From contig JBNARJ010000001.1 in assembly GCA_049719515.1 (NCBI GenBank), positions 221,096 through 285,095 of the forward strand: DNA of 64,000 nucleotides, read 5' to 3'. Position 1 is the first letter of the stretch. Each line of letters begins with the position of its first letter. A program made the position numbers and the translations under genes. The notes under the pieces were generated by a model. The model was given only the letters and a program-made list of their open reading frames with translations. It searched no databases and had not been told where the DNA came from. Below, one piece after another: positions 50,414-60,783 of this stretch. The stretch is from Candidatus Saccharicenans sp. (GTDB lineage Bacteria > Acidobacteriota > Aminicenantia > Aminicenantales > Saccharicenantaceae).

Positions 50414-53098
50414 ATGAACAAAAAAGGAAAAACCATTTCGAGCCTGATTTTGCTGTTAATTTTTATCCTGGTCAGCACGGGCCTTATCTCCTGCCGTGCG
50501 GAAAAACATTTTCTGAAAGACCCTGAATATCGGGAAACAGTCCATCGCCAGTACTTAAAGCGCGTTGAATTAGCTCGAGGCCGGGCCAGCGAGCTTTTTT
50601 CAGTCATGAATGAGAAACTTTCTACCGAAGAGCGTGAAGCCCTGGAATTCCTCTACGCCTTTATGCCCCTGAGTGACCTGGCCAACCTGGATGGCCGGTA
50701 TTTTCTCAACCAGGTCAGATGGGCTTTTCGGGCCAGGGATTATTTCAGCTGGGGGAAAGACATCCCGGAAGATATTTTCAGACATTTTGTCCTTCCCTAC
50801 CGGGTAAACAACGAAAACCCCGATGAAGCCCGCGACGTGTTCTTCAATGAACTAAAAGACCGAATCAGGAACCTGAGCCTGTATCAGGCTGCTCTTGAAG
50901 TCAATCACTGGTGTCATGAAAAGGTCACCTACCGGCCGACAGATGAGCGAACCTCCGCTCCTTTGGCCACCGTCAGGACTGCTTTTGGCCGTTGCGGCGA
51001 AGAATCTACTTTCACCGTGGCGGCTCTGCGGGCGGTCGGCATTCCGGCCCGCCAGGTTTACACACCAAGATGGGCTCATACCGATGATAACCATGCCTGG
51101 GTGGAGGTCTGGGTTGATGGCCGCTGGTATTATCTTGGAGCCTGCGAACCCGAGCCTGAACTGAACATGGCCTGGTTCACCGGGCCGGCAAAAAGAGCCA
51201 TGCTTGTTCATACGACGGTTTTCGGCCAGTACACCGGCCCGGAAGAAACTATCCTGAAAACAGACCTTTTCACCAGGATAAACCAGCTGCCGATTTACGC
51301 CCCGACGGCTGTCCTGAAAGTTGAAGTGGTAGATGAAAACGGTAAACCACAGCCCGGGGTAAACGTCGATTTCTGCATCTATAACTATGCTGAATTTTAT
51401 CCGGCGGTTACCCGGCAAACAGATGAACACGGCCAGGCTTCCCTCTTAACCGGGCTGGGAGATATGTACGTTCAGGCTTACCGCGACAACCTTTTCGCCT
51501 GGGCTAAAGTGTCAGTGGGAACCACGGATAAAGTGACCTTGATTCTTAAACCCGCCGATTTTAAGGAGGAAACCGTTGACCTGGATATCATCCCGCCGGT
51601 CGCCCGAAGCGTTGAGCAGGCAGATAAAGCAAAATCCGAAGAAAACCTGAGGCGTCTGAGGCAGGAAGATGAAATCAGGAATCGCTACGAAGCTACCTTT
51701 ATCAAGCAGGAACAGGCAGAAAATTTCGCCCGCCAGAAGAATCTGCCGGTCGACCTGACCTGGAAATACCTGCAGCTCAGCCGGGGCAACTGGCCAGAAA
51801 TAATGGAATTTTTGAAAGCCCTGAAGCCTGAGGAAATAAAACTGGGCCTGGGTCTTCTGGGTACTATAACGGAAAAAGACCTGCGCGATACCCCGGCCAG
51901 TTATTTGTTGCATCACCTGAGAAACGCCCCGCCCAGGCCTGAAAACCTTGATGAACAAACTTATGTGCAGTATGTCCTATCCCCGCGCCTCGGCCGCGAA
52001 CTGATAACCCCCTGGCGAGCTTTCATAAATAAATACTTCAATGAAAAACAGAAGGCTGAATTTATCGACCGGCCAGAAAAAATCGTCAGCTGGATTGAGT
52101 CGAACATTGTTCTCGACCAGACAGAAAATTATTACAATGTTCCGCTCTTTCCGGAAGGAGCTTTGAAACTCGGCCGGGCTGACCTTTATTCCCAAAAAAT
52201 CCTGTTTTTGGCCGTGGCCAGAACGCTGGGTATTCCCTCTCGCCTTGACCGGACGACCGGCCGGGTAAACTATTTTAAAGACGGAAACTGGAAAGAAATA
52301 CTCTTTCAGCCTGATAAAGAAGAAAAGCAATTACAGGAAAATTTGGAAAAAGCACGTCTGCGTCTGGTTTATCAACCTGTCCCCGGAATTAAATTACCTG
52401 TTTATTACACCCATTTCACCCTGGCCCGCTTTCGCCAGGGTAAATACCAGACGCTCGACTATGAAAATCACCCGGCCATGGCTCATTTCCCGGCAGAAGT
52501 GGAAGCTGACGCCGGGCATTACCTGCTGATCACCGGAAACAGACAGCCTGATGGAAGCGTTCTCAGCCGGCTGTACTTTTTCAACCTTCAGCCAAACAAG
52601 ACCCGGGAAGTGAAGTTCACGCTGCGCACACAAACTCAGCCACCAAACGTTATCGGGCACCTGGCTCTCAGCGGAAAAACATACAACCTGAAACAGAAAA
52701 AAATCTCAGACCTGGGGCAGCTTTCTAAAGGCCGCAGCTCGATAGTCATGCTGCTCGACCTGGACCAGGAGCCGACCAAGCATCTTTTAAACGAAATCCA
52801 GCAGCTAAAGGAACAATTCAAAGAGTGTCCGGCTGAAATCCTGGCCGTGGTCGCCAAGGACAGGTTGCCCGCCGGCTTTCAGGCAGAAAGCTTTCAGGGA
52901 CTGCCGGAGAATGCCTGGTTACTTTACGATGAACATGATGAGGTAAAAAATCTCATAGCGAGCAGCCTGAGAACCTCAATTTCCGGCCTTCCCGTCGTTA
53001 TGGCTGTTAACAGGAATAACGAGGTTATTTTTATGTCCGAAGGCTACCGCATCGGCACAGCCGAACAGCTGGTCAAACTTTTCCGCTGGCTGAGATGA
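50414..53098 (+). CDS. Large transglutaminase-like (papain-fold Cys-His-Asp) lipoprotein
   Basis: Lipobox LISC. Transglutaminase core motifs GRCGEESTF (Cys), HAWVEVWVDGRWYYLGACEPE (His/Asp). ~890 aa, with a long C-terminal extension of unknown function. ATG at 50414 (AAGGAAA RBS). Confidence 0.7.
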   Translation: MNKKGKTISSLILLLIFILVSTGLISCRAEKHFLKDPEYRETVHRQYLKRVELARGRASELFSVMNEKLSTEEREALEFLYAFMPLSDLANLDGRYFLNQVRWAFRARDYFSWGKDIPEDIFRHFVLPYRVNNENPDEARDVFFNELKDRIRNLSLYQAALEVNHWCHEKVTYRPTDERTSAPLATVRTAFGRCGEESTFTVAALRAVGIPARQVYTPRWAHTDDNHAWVEVWVDGRWYYLGACEPEPELNMAWFTGPAKRAMLVHTTVFGQYTGPEETILKTDLFTRINQLPIYAPTAVLKVEVVDENGKPQPGVNVDFCIYNYAEFYPAVTRQTDEHGQASLLTGLGDMYVQAYRDNLFAWAKVSVGTTDKVTLILKPADFKEETVDLDIIPPVARSVEQADKAKSEENLRRLRQEDEIRNRYEATFIKQEQAENFARQKNLPVDLTWKYLQLSRGNWPEIMEFLKALKPEEIKLGLGLLGTITEKDLRDTPASYLLHHLRNAPPRPENLDEQTYVQYVLSPRLGRELITPWRAFINKYFNEKQKAEFIDRPEKIVSWIESNIVLDQTENYYNVPLFPEGALKLGRADLYSQKILFLAVARTLGIPSRLDRTTGRVNYFKDGNWKEILFQPDKEEKQLQENLEKARLRLVYQPVPGIKLPVYYTHFTLARFRQGKYQTLDYENHPAMAHFPAEVEADAGHYLLITGNRQPDGSVLSRLYFFNLQPNKTREVKFTLRTQTQPPNVIGHLALSGKTYNLKQKKISDLGQLSKGRSSIVMLLDLDQEPTKHLLNEIQQLKEQFKECPAEILAVVAKDRLPAGFQAESFQGLPENAWLLYDEHDEVKNLIASSLRTSISGLPVVMAVNRNNEVIFMSEGYRIGTAEQLVKLFRWLR

Positions 53099-53102
53099 GC
53101 AG

Positions 53103-53759
53103 ATGAAAAATGAACTGGACCTGGAGAAAATAACCGATTTCCTGAAAGAACGGTTAAAACAGGAAAAGCCCGGCCGGACGGCACAGCTCAAAATGTGCCC
53201 GCAACCACCACCCCAGCTCAACCTTCAACCAGAAAACCAGGGCGACTGCCTGAAGGCGGCCGTGCTGCTCCTGCTCTACCCCAAAAATAACAGACCTCAT
53301 CTTGTTTTCATCAGGCGCAGCCATTTAGTCCAACACCATCAAAATCAGATTTCCTTCCCCGGCGGGCAGCAGGAAGATGACGAATCCATAGAACAAACCG
53401 CCCTGCGAGAAACAGAAGAAGAACTGGGCCTGCGCCAGGCCGGGATTACCATCCTCGGCCAGTTGACCCCGCTGTATGTTTCGGCCAGCAATTACCTTAT
53501 CCATCCGGTGGTGGCCAGCCTCCGGCAAACTCCCCATTTTTATGCTCAACCGGATGAAGTAGCTGAAATAATTGAGGTACCGCTCGAGCATCTGTTAAAA
53601 GAAGAAAATCTAAAAAAAGAAATCTGGACCCTGCGCGATCGTGTGGCTTTGGTGCCATTCTACCATTTTCATGACCACAAAATCTGGGGAGCCACGGCCA
53701 TGATTCTGTCTGAATTCTTGAGCCTGTTAAAAGAATTTATCAGTCTGACAAATAATTAA
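53103..53759 (+). CDS. NUDIX hydrolase, CoA pyrophosphatase (NudL-like)
   Basis: Nudix box GGQQEDDESIEQTALRETEEELGL, preceded by the CoAse motif (VFIRRSHLVQHHQNQISFPGG). The start overlaps the previous gene's stop region. Confidence 0.7.
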   Translation: MKNELDLEKITDFLKERLKQEKPGRTAQLKMCPQPPPQLNLQPENQGDCLKAAVLLLLYPKNNRPHLVFIRRSHLVQHHQNQISFPGGQQEDDESIEQTALRETEEELGLRQAGITILGQLTPLYVSASNYLIHPVVASLRQTPHFYAQPDEVAEIIEVPLEHLLKEENLKKEIWTLRDRVALVPFYHFHDHKIWGATAMILSEFLSLLKEFISLTNN

Positions 53760-54083
53760 ACATGAAGAAAATAAAGCCAGGTGATATGTCCTTCGGCGGG
53801 AAACGTAATATTAAAATCCGGCCTGACCATAGCGGTGAAAATAACAAAAAAATCTGTTCAGTCAACTGATTTTTTTGCTAAAAAATGAAGCCCAGAATAA
53901 TAATCCGTCAGTCTCAAAAACCGATAAAAATTAAGGCTGGCCAAAGCCCCTCAAGAAGGTCTTTAATTCCGTTCGGGTTATCTTAAAATAATTCAAGAAG
54001 AAATGAAGATTATATTAAGGTTTTTCCAATTAATTAAACGGAAGGCCAAAAATTATACATAAAGTGTTTTTAGGAGGTTAACC

Positions 54084-54284
54084 ATGCCCCTGGTGGAAAT
54101 TCATTTACTCGAAGGACGAACCAAGGAACAGAAAAAGGCCATGCTGGAAGCAGTCACCCAGGCCATTCATCAGACACTTGGAGCTCCCCTGGAAACTATC
54201 CGAGTATGGATTCAGGAAATACCCAAAGATGAATTCATGTCGGCCGGCCTGCTGGCTTCAGAAAGAGAAAAGAAAAATAAATAA
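54084..54284 (+). CDS. 4-oxalocrotonate tautomerase-family protein
   Basis: 66 aa starting MPLVEIHLLEGRT; Pro1 is catalytic after Met removal. The tautomerase fold is characteristic. AGGAGG RBS. Confidence 0.8.
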   Translation: MPLVEIHLLEGRTKEQKKAMLEAVTQAIHQTLGAPLETIRVWIQEIPKDEFMSAGLLASEREKKNK

Positions 54285-54319
54285 AAGCTCAAACAGAAAT
54301 TAGCGATCGTAAAGGCAGA

Positions 54320-54349
54320 GGGAGGGCCCCCTGGCCCTCCCCTTTACCT
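54320..54349. terminator. Bidirectional GC hairpin terminator between convergent genes
   Basis: GGGAGGGCC-ccct-GGCCCTCCC: a perfect 9-bp stem followed by CTTTACCTA on the plus strand. It lies between the tautomerase (+) and the TonB receptor (-). Confidence 0.55.
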
Positions 54350-54402
54350 ATTAACTCAATAATTCTGAGCGGTCAATAATTTTTCTAAGCCCTACTTCAA
54401 CC

Positions 54403-57156
54403 TCAATAAACCACGTAGAAAGTCAAAGCAAAGGTCCTCGGCGGAGCGTAAGAAGTGGGCATCATGTAGGTCGGCTGGTCGCCCCGCACATCGATTCTCA
54501 AAGCAGTCTGGGTGTTGAACACGTTCATCATCCTGGCTTCAATCATGCTCCTCACCCGACCCCGGACCGGAATCTCGTACGTAATTTGCAAATCGCAGTT
54601 AACCCAGGTTTTCAGTCGGTGAGAACCAGCTTTTTCGAGATAACGATAATAATTACCGTAATAATCAAGCCCTCTGGTTTCCCAGGGAGCTCCACTCTGC
54701 ACCCTCAGATAACCGCCAAGGGTAAATCTCTTGACAAATTCCCAGGTGCCGAACAATTTTAACACATGAGTTCTGTCACCCAGCATGATACCTTCGCGGT
54801 TGGGGTCGCTGAGGTAAAGACCGGGTGCATCTTCAATGTAAGAGGAAGAATAAAAGAGGGCAGTTCCCGGAGCATAATCCAGGTCCCAGTTCCCGCTCAG
54901 CCGGCTGAGCGTGTAGGAAAAGTTCAGCGACCAGCGGTCAGCATACTGTCTCTTCAATTCAAAGGTCAGCGCTTTGTAAATTCTTTTGGCTTTACCGGTG
55001 TAGAAATCGTCAAACCCGGTCTGAGGAATTTTGGCCTGCAGGTCTTCCGGCAGGCTGGCCCAGCTAATCAGCTGGCCATCCAGATTGCCGTAAACATAGC
55101 TCGAAGGAGAAGTATCACGGTAGCGAGTCGGAAAATCTTCAATGACGTGCTTGACGTAACGGTAATCACCCCAGATTTCCATGCTCCAGCGTTTATTCAG
55201 GGGGCGGCTGTAGCCGGCCACGAATTCATCCGTATAGGTGGGCTTGATGGTGGGCAGAATGATTTTACCGGTCTCATTGGCCTGCACTACCTGGGCCAGG
55301 ATAGAACCATCTGTTCTGGAAATGTAGGCGTCCGTTCGGAAAATCCGCACCGGAGCGGCCGCTCTGGCTAAAGACCGGTTATCCATGTTATTGTAGCGAC
55401 CGAAGCTGGCGAATATCTTATCTCCGACTTTCAGGCTGGGCGTAAAGGTAAAACCAAGCCGGGGCTGGATTTCCTTATCAAAGTTAAAGGTCAGGAAACG
55501 ATATTTCTGGTCAGTCTTGCTTATAAATTCATCGCGGTTGGCCAGCACTCCAAGGGTCAGGGTAAACCTTTCCCCGATGGTAATGTTGTCCTGGAAGAAA
55601 ATTCCGTAGGTTCGGCCGTAAGAATCCTGGGGCGGTTGCTGCGAATAATAGCGAGCACGAAAAGCAGGCTGGCCGGCATAAGTGGTGGTGATGATGCTGC
55701 CCCAGCCGTTGGCCAGCCTCTCCAGATGTTCACCGCCGCTATCATAGCTGAAGCCCAGCTTGATCACGTGTGAATGACGAGCAAAGTCAAGATATTTGGT
55801 AAAAACAGCTTTAAATTCGTCGCGGAAGAAATTCTGGGTGTTGTACTCCGAGGCCGCTCCCACATACTGACCGGTGGTGGTAGCTCCGCCGCCGATGTAA
55901 CCGGTGGCCGTCCGGAAATAACCCATCGTCCATGGCTCCAAATAATTAAATGGTGTGGGCAGATAACCGAGTTCCACAATCGGCACGCTTTTATAATTCT
56001 CGTTCACGTGGTCGTACTTCACTTCGAGCAGCGTTGACTGGGTAATGGTCCACACCCAGGAAGCATAGATTATTCTGGAGAGCCCATTTCCGTTCACGGC
56101 TACCGTCGGGTAATCATTAACCCCTATGCCGGCATTCTTATCAGTAAAATCATTGTTGCGGAAGCTGACCGAAAACAGATGAGCACGCCACGGATTGGCG
56201 GTTAGCTTGACAAAAAATTCGCTGGCCGTGCTCTTGGCGTCCGGTACCGGCCCCAAATTGTTAATTCGACCGGTTGTCTTCGAATAGGGCAAATTGGCCG
56301 AGACATACCACCAGAGCTTATTTTTTATAACCGGTCCGCCCAAACCAATCGAAGGCGCATACCTGTCGTATTTGGTCATCAAATTCGGGTCGTGGCTCTT
56401 CCAGGTAAAATCTGATGGTTCAAACACAAAGCGGAAGCTGCCGGACAGAGTGTTTGAACCGGACTTGGTAATGGCGTTGGTCACCATGCCGGCCGCCCGG
56501 CCAAATTCAGCACTGATACCGCCTCTCTTTATGTTCACTTCCTGTATGTCCATTTCTGAGAAATTAGCTCCGAGGAAGCCATAAAACGGGTTGGTAATGT
56601 TGGAACCATCATAAAGGTAGACATTATCCTGTTTGTTGCCGCCGGCATTTGGCGCAAAGTCCCGGTTGTCAGCCACACCAGGAGCTAACTGCACCAGTGA
56701 AGAATATGAACGGCCAAGAGGCAACCTCTGCACCACTTCTGAAACCCAGTTGGAAGCCACTTCTGTGGATTTTATGTCTACCATGGGCGTGGCCGCGATG
56801 ACCGTTACTTCTTCCTGCAGTCGGCCGACCGGCTTCATGATGGCATTAACAAACGTCTGACGGTCAACGGCCACGATGACTTCAGCCGTGAAATCAATCA
56901 TATCCGGATGTGTGACCACCAGCGTGTACTTTCCCGGCGGAAGCGCCTGGAAAAAAAATCCCCCATCCTTCCCGGTGATGAATTCCCTGCCCAGAGGCAA
57001 AGGCTGGCCGGAAATGATGACCGTTGCTCCTTCTATCACTTTTCCGTCTTCACTCTTGACCACACCCCGCACCGATCCTCTTTCCTGGGCCATGGCCAGA
57101 GAAGCTGATAAAAGGAGCAGAACCACAACGGACAGAATTTTGAGCTTTTTTATCAT
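54403..57156 (-). CDS. TonB-dependent receptor-like outer-membrane protein with N-terminal carboxypeptidase-regulatory-like domain
   Basis: Signal peptide. CarboxypepD_reg-like segment (VRGVVKSEDGKVIEGATVIIS...GKYTLVV), followed by a plug-like region and ~750 aa of beta-barrel sequence with an aromatic C-terminus. Very strong GGAAAGGAGGT RBS. Confidence 0.75.
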   Translation of the reverse strand: MIKKLKILSVVVLLLLSASLAMAQERGSVRGVVKSEDGKVIEGATVIISGQPLPLGREFITGKDGGFFFQALPPGKYTLVVTHPDMIDFTAEVIVAVDRQTFVNAIMKPVGRLQEEVTVIAATPMVDIKSTEVASNWVSEVVQRLPLGRSYSSLVQLAPGVADNRDFAPNAGGNKQDNVYLYDGSNITNPFYGFLGANFSEMDIQEVNIKRGGISAEFGRAAGMVTNAITKSGSNTLSGSFRFVFEPSDFTWKSHDPNLMTKYDRYAPSIGLGGPVIKNKLWWYVSANLPYSKTTGRINNLGPVPDAKSTASEFFVKLTANPWRAHLFSVSFRNNDFTDKNAGIGVNDYPTVAVNGNGLSRIIYASWVWTITQSTLLEVKYDHVNENYKSVPIVELGYLPTPFNYLEPWTMGYFRTATGYIGGGATTTGQYVGAASEYNTQNFFRDEFKAVFTKYLDFARHSHVIKLGFSYDSGGEHLERLANGWGSIITTTYAGQPAFRARYYSQQPPQDSYGRTYGIFFQDNITIGERFTLTLGVLANRDEFISKTDQKYRFLTFNFDKEIQPRLGFTFTPSLKVGDKIFASFGRYNNMDNRSLARAAAPVRIFRTDAYISRTDGSILAQVVQANETGKIILPTIKPTYTDEFVAGYSRPLNKRWSMEIWGDYRYVKHVIEDFPTRYRDTSPSSYVYGNLDGQLISWASLPEDLQAKIPQTGFDDFYTGKAKRIYKALTFELKRQYADRWSLNFSYTLSRLSGNWDLDYAPGTALFYSSSYIEDAPGLYLSDPNREGIMLGDRTHVLKLFGTWEFVKRFTLGGYLRVQSGAPWETRGLDYYGNYYRYLEKAGSHRLKTWVNCDLQITYEIPVRGRVRSMIEARMMNVFNTQTALRIDVRGDQPTYMMPTSYAPPRTFALTFYVVY

Positions 57157-57260
57157 AAAAATTACCTCCTTTCCAAACAGGGGCCTTAATCTTCCTTCAA
57201 CTATCTAATCACCGGTTTTTATTTAATTACTTTAGAAACTGCTTGTCAAATAATTTGGTC

Positions 57261-57298
57261 ATAAAAAAAGGCCTGCCTTTATGAAAAAGGCAGGCCTT
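57261..57298 (-). terminator. Rho-independent terminator downstream of the second TonB receptor gene (minus strand)
   Basis: 12-bp stem AAGGCCTGCCTT / AAGGCAGGCCTT with a 7-nt loop. On the minus strand it is followed by TTTTTAT. Confidence 0.6.
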
Positions 57299-57327
57299 CA
57301 ATTATCTTATCCTGCTATAGTTTTACA

Positions 57328-60300
57328 TCAGAAGGAAAAACGGAAGCCCAATCTCATCGACCAGGGAGCAAATCTGGTGGACCACCAGCCAAATGCCGGA
57401 TGCGGGTCTCCGTCAGTCTGGACCCAGGTTCGATAATTCTGAGCTAAGGTGCCGTCAAGAATTTCTTCATCATCAGCCCAGATGGCCGTTCGGTTAAGGT
57501 CTGTGATTTTGCTCTGAATGGTCTTGGTGTTGGTAAAGTTATTTATCTGCAGGTTAACAGCCATGTTATATTTTTGTGCCAGCTTCAACGTGTATTCAAC
57601 AAACAGGTCAGCCCACACCGTGAAAGGCAAACGACCAAGGTCAGCTCTATTTTCCGGATAGATGTAACGGTTATTCATGTACAGCCTGGTCGTTAGGGGC
57701 AGACCGCTCCGGCCATAGGCTGTGATACCGACTGTTAAACCAAATGGAAAAACATAGGAACCATAAGCTTTAATGTAATGGGTGCGGTCATGTGGTAACG
57801 GTCCCTTCAGAACATTTCCATAAACATCATAGGCCATGAACCAGTCATCGTAATAAAGAGTAACGTTCGGAGCATTACGCCCATCCTCATCGGCGCTGCT
57901 CAGACCGGAGTAATTGCCCTGCACCCGGCTTAAAGTATAGTTTATGCCGCCCTGCCAGTTGTCGCTGAACCTCTTCTCCAGTGAGATATTCAGGCCGTAA
58001 TAATCTCTTTTTGCCTTTGGTACCGGCCAGTACTCATCGGCAAATTTCCCACCCTGAGAAACCGGACGGGAATAACCAAAACCGGGGTTGGTAATGTAAA
58101 AGATTTCCTGCAGGGTATTCGAGCCGGTAACCGGATCATAAACCCATTCGAGCGCTCCGACGTCTTCAATCGTTCGAATCAGATGCTTGTGCACCAGACG
58201 GACCGAAAGGGACAAATTCTCCATCAGCTTCTTTTCCGCCCCGAAGGACAGCTCACTCTGACAGGCGGGTTTCAGGTCCGGGTCAACCCGGTCAAAAGAA
58301 GGAGGCAGAAAGTCAAGCGTTCCGGCGTAGGTGTTGTTGTATTCCTGGCTGGCCCGGTCATTCAGCAGACCGCTGGCTGCAATCTTCGTCCAATCCGGGT
58401 CCTTCAGAGCATAATAATCTCTTTTATGCTTCCAGCCGCCAAAGCTAAGAACCGCAATGTAGAGTTTCATCACATCGTAATAAATGCCATAACTGCCGAA
58501 GATTTTAAGGTTCGAATCACCAAAGACGTCGTAGACCACTCCTATCCTGGGCGCGATTTTATCTCCAAAACCGAAATTGACGGGCTTCTTTATGTTGGCA
58601 TAGGCCGGATCATCGGTAAAAGATGGAATGTATTCACTTTCCGCTCTGACCCCAAAATTTACCGTTAACCTATTTTTTATGGTCCAGGAATCCTGCAGAT
58701 AAACCGCCCAGTTGTTGCTCCGGGCATTCCAAACCCCGCCGTACGGTGAAGTCCAGCTGCTGCGGATGTAATAGTAACCGTACTTACCGTAATAAGGGCT
58801 GTCCTGGGGAGCCCCGACCCCCACCGGAAATCCGAGCCCGTTGTAGGTTCTGTTCCAGTAGAGATAAACTCTTGGATAGGGCGAATAATCCAGCACATCT
58901 TCATGCAGCTGAATGTACTGGAGGCCGGCTTTCCAGGCATGCTCGCCCATGAAGCTGAGGTAATAAGTCACATCGAGGTTAGAGCTTATTTTTTCATACA
59001 TCCTTCTCTTGGTTTCCAGATAAATCGGCGAGCTGCTCCAGTAAGCATAGTGCAGCAGGCTGGGGTTAGCCTGGAAGAAGGGGTCGCTCTGAAATACATA
59101 ATTCGAGGTATAAAAATAATAGGTGGTACCGGCCGGTGGTTTAATCTGCTGGTTGGTGGTGTTCTGGCGATGCCAGCCAGCTCGCAGGTTTATTAACAGG
59201 TTGTTGCTGGCCGTGTAATCAGCGTTGAAAGAAGTAGAGTAATCGGGATAATCATACCCTTCTTTGTACCATTCATAAGTGGAAGAGGAAGTTCCGCCTA
59301 TGTCAGGAATGGCCCCGCGATACTTATAAAAATTGTTCACAAAGCTGGCCGACACCCGCAGCCCTCTCATCGGAGCGGCCGTCAGCTTAAAAGAACCGTT
59401 GTAATAGTAGTTTTTGTTGACGAACTGGTAAAATGGACCCTGCCTCTGATTGAAATCCCTCAGACCGACTGTCTGGCTGTAAATCGGATTGAAAGAACCG
59501 AAGAACCAGAGCCTGTCTTTTATGAAATAACCGCCCAGGCTAAAGGCACCTTCCAGGCGGTAGTAGGGGTCTCTCTTCTTCCCTCCGTCAAAATAAAGGT
59601 CGTCTTCATTGACATATTCATAAAGGTCGACATCATACGGGTTCTGCCTTAAGAAGTCCCGTGCCTTCCCCTGCATCCAGAGCTTGTTGTTTTCATAAAA
59701 GCCAATCAAATCGGCATGAAAAGTATTTCCGCCTGACCGGGTAATGACGTTAACCACTCCGCCCATCGACCCGCCGAATTCCGCATTATAACCTGAAGCC
59801 ACTACCTTCACCTCATCGATTAGTTCCAGCACCACATTCTGGGCTCTCACTCCAACATGGATGCTGGTTACGTCCGTACCGTCGACATGCCAGACGTTTT
59901 CCGCGCCGGAAGCGCCATCCATCGAGAAACCTCCGACCTTGCTTTCATAATTGACTCCGGGAACGGTACTGATCAAAGAATCGAATGACCGACCGCGAGG
60001 CAAGGTCATAAACGTTTCCTTGCTCATCACCTGCCCTTTAACCGTGCTCTTGACATCGATTAAAGGAGCCAGACCGACCACCGTGACTTCTTCCTCCACC
60101 GCTGCCGGTTCAAGAGTGACATTAAGCACCAGCGTCTGGGAAAGTTCCAGGTAGATGTTTTTTCTGACCAGTTTCTTAAACCCGGGCAGCGTGAAGGTGA
60201 TTTCATACTCACCCGAAGGCAAAGCCATTAAGCGATAAACCCCGCTGGCATCGGTGACCGTGGTCGCTTTTCCCACAAGCTTCGGGCTGGAAGCTTCCAC

Positions 60301-60441
60301 GTTAACTCCAGGCAGCGGATTGCCCTGGTCATCGACCACCCGTCCTGTAATCTTTCCTTCAGGCATAATCTGAGGCAGGAGCGGGCTTATGACCAGGAAT
60401 AAAAGACTGAGAAAAATTGCTAATTTTTTTAATTCTTTCAT
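57328..60441 (-). CDS. TonB-dependent receptor-like outer-membrane protein with N-terminal carboxypeptidase-regulatory-like domain (paralog of 54403-57156)
   Basis: Signal peptide from the ATG at 60441 (AAGGAGGT RBS; the track start at 60462 lacks an RBS). GRVVDDQGNPLPGVNVEA...GEYEITF is the CarboxypepD_reg domain. The C-terminus ...RLGFRFSF ends in a terminal Phe typical of OM beta-barrels. Confidence 0.75.
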   Translation of the reverse strand: MKELKKLAIFLSLLFLVISPLLPQIMPEGKITGRVVDDQGNPLPGVNVEASSPKLVGKATTVTDASGVYRLMALPSGEYEITFTLPGFKKLVRKNIYLELSQTLVLNVTLEPAAVEEEVTVVGLAPLIDVKSTVKGQVMSKETFMTLPRGRSFDSLISTVPGVNYESKVGGFSMDGASGAENVWHVDGTDVTSIHVGVRAQNVVLELIDEVKVVASGYNAEFGGSMGGVVNVITRSGGNTFHADLIGFYENNKLWMQGKARDFLRQNPYDVDLYEYVNEDDLYFDGGKKRDPYYRLEGAFSLGGYFIKDRLWFFGSFNPIYSQTVGLRDFNQRQGPFYQFVNKNYYYNGSFKLTAAPMRGLRVSASFVNNFYKYRGAIPDIGGTSSSTYEWYKEGYDYPDYSTSFNADYTASNNLLINLRAGWHRQNTTNQQIKPPAGTTYYFYTSNYVFQSDPFFQANPSLLHYAYWSSSPIYLETKRRMYEKISSNLDVTYYLSFMGEHAWKAGLQYIQLHEDVLDYSPYPRVYLYWNRTYNGLGFPVGVGAPQDSPYYGKYGYYYIRSSWTSPYGGVWNARSNNWAVYLQDSWTIKNRLTVNFGVRAESEYIPSFTDDPAYANIKKPVNFGFGDKIAPRIGVVYDVFGDSNLKIFGSYGIYYDVMKLYIAVLSFGGWKHKRDYYALKDPDWTKIAASGLLNDRASQEYNNTYAGTLDFLPPSFDRVDPDLKPACQSELSFGAEKKLMENLSLSVRLVHKHLIRTIEDVGALEWVYDPVTGSNTLQEIFYITNPGFGYSRPVSQGGKFADEYWPVPKAKRDYYGLNISLEKRFSDNWQGGINYTLSRVQGNYSGLSSADEDGRNAPNVTLYYDDWFMAYDVYGNVLKGPLPHDRTHYIKAYGSYVFPFGLTVGITAYGRSGLPLTTRLYMNNRYIYPENRADLGRLPFTVWADLFVEYTLKLAQKYNMAVNLQINNFTNTKTIQSKITDLNRTAIWADDEEILDGTLAQNYRTWVQTDGDPHPAFGWWSTRFAPWSMRLGFRFSF

Positions 60442-60783
60442 TCCTTTACCTCCTTGTCCCAATCCCCTAAACCATGACTTTAATAAATATTTAAGCTCAT
60501 TTACTCTGTCATTCCACCTCCTTTCTGGATTTATGAATCATGGAGAGATATTCACCATTTCGGGAGTTTCCACTCTAATAATTTTATAAATCCTCTTCAA
60601 GTTTTCAGTCAAGAATTTAATTTAAAAAGCTCACCGGATTATTAACAATTCAACCCGCGCCGTTTCTTAGGATTATAAATTAATTCTGACGGTTAAAATG
60701 AATGGTACATCTGAATATTCATCTTGAAGCTGTTCACATCCTAAAATAGAATACTATTTGGACTGACCGTTGGAGCAATGAAC

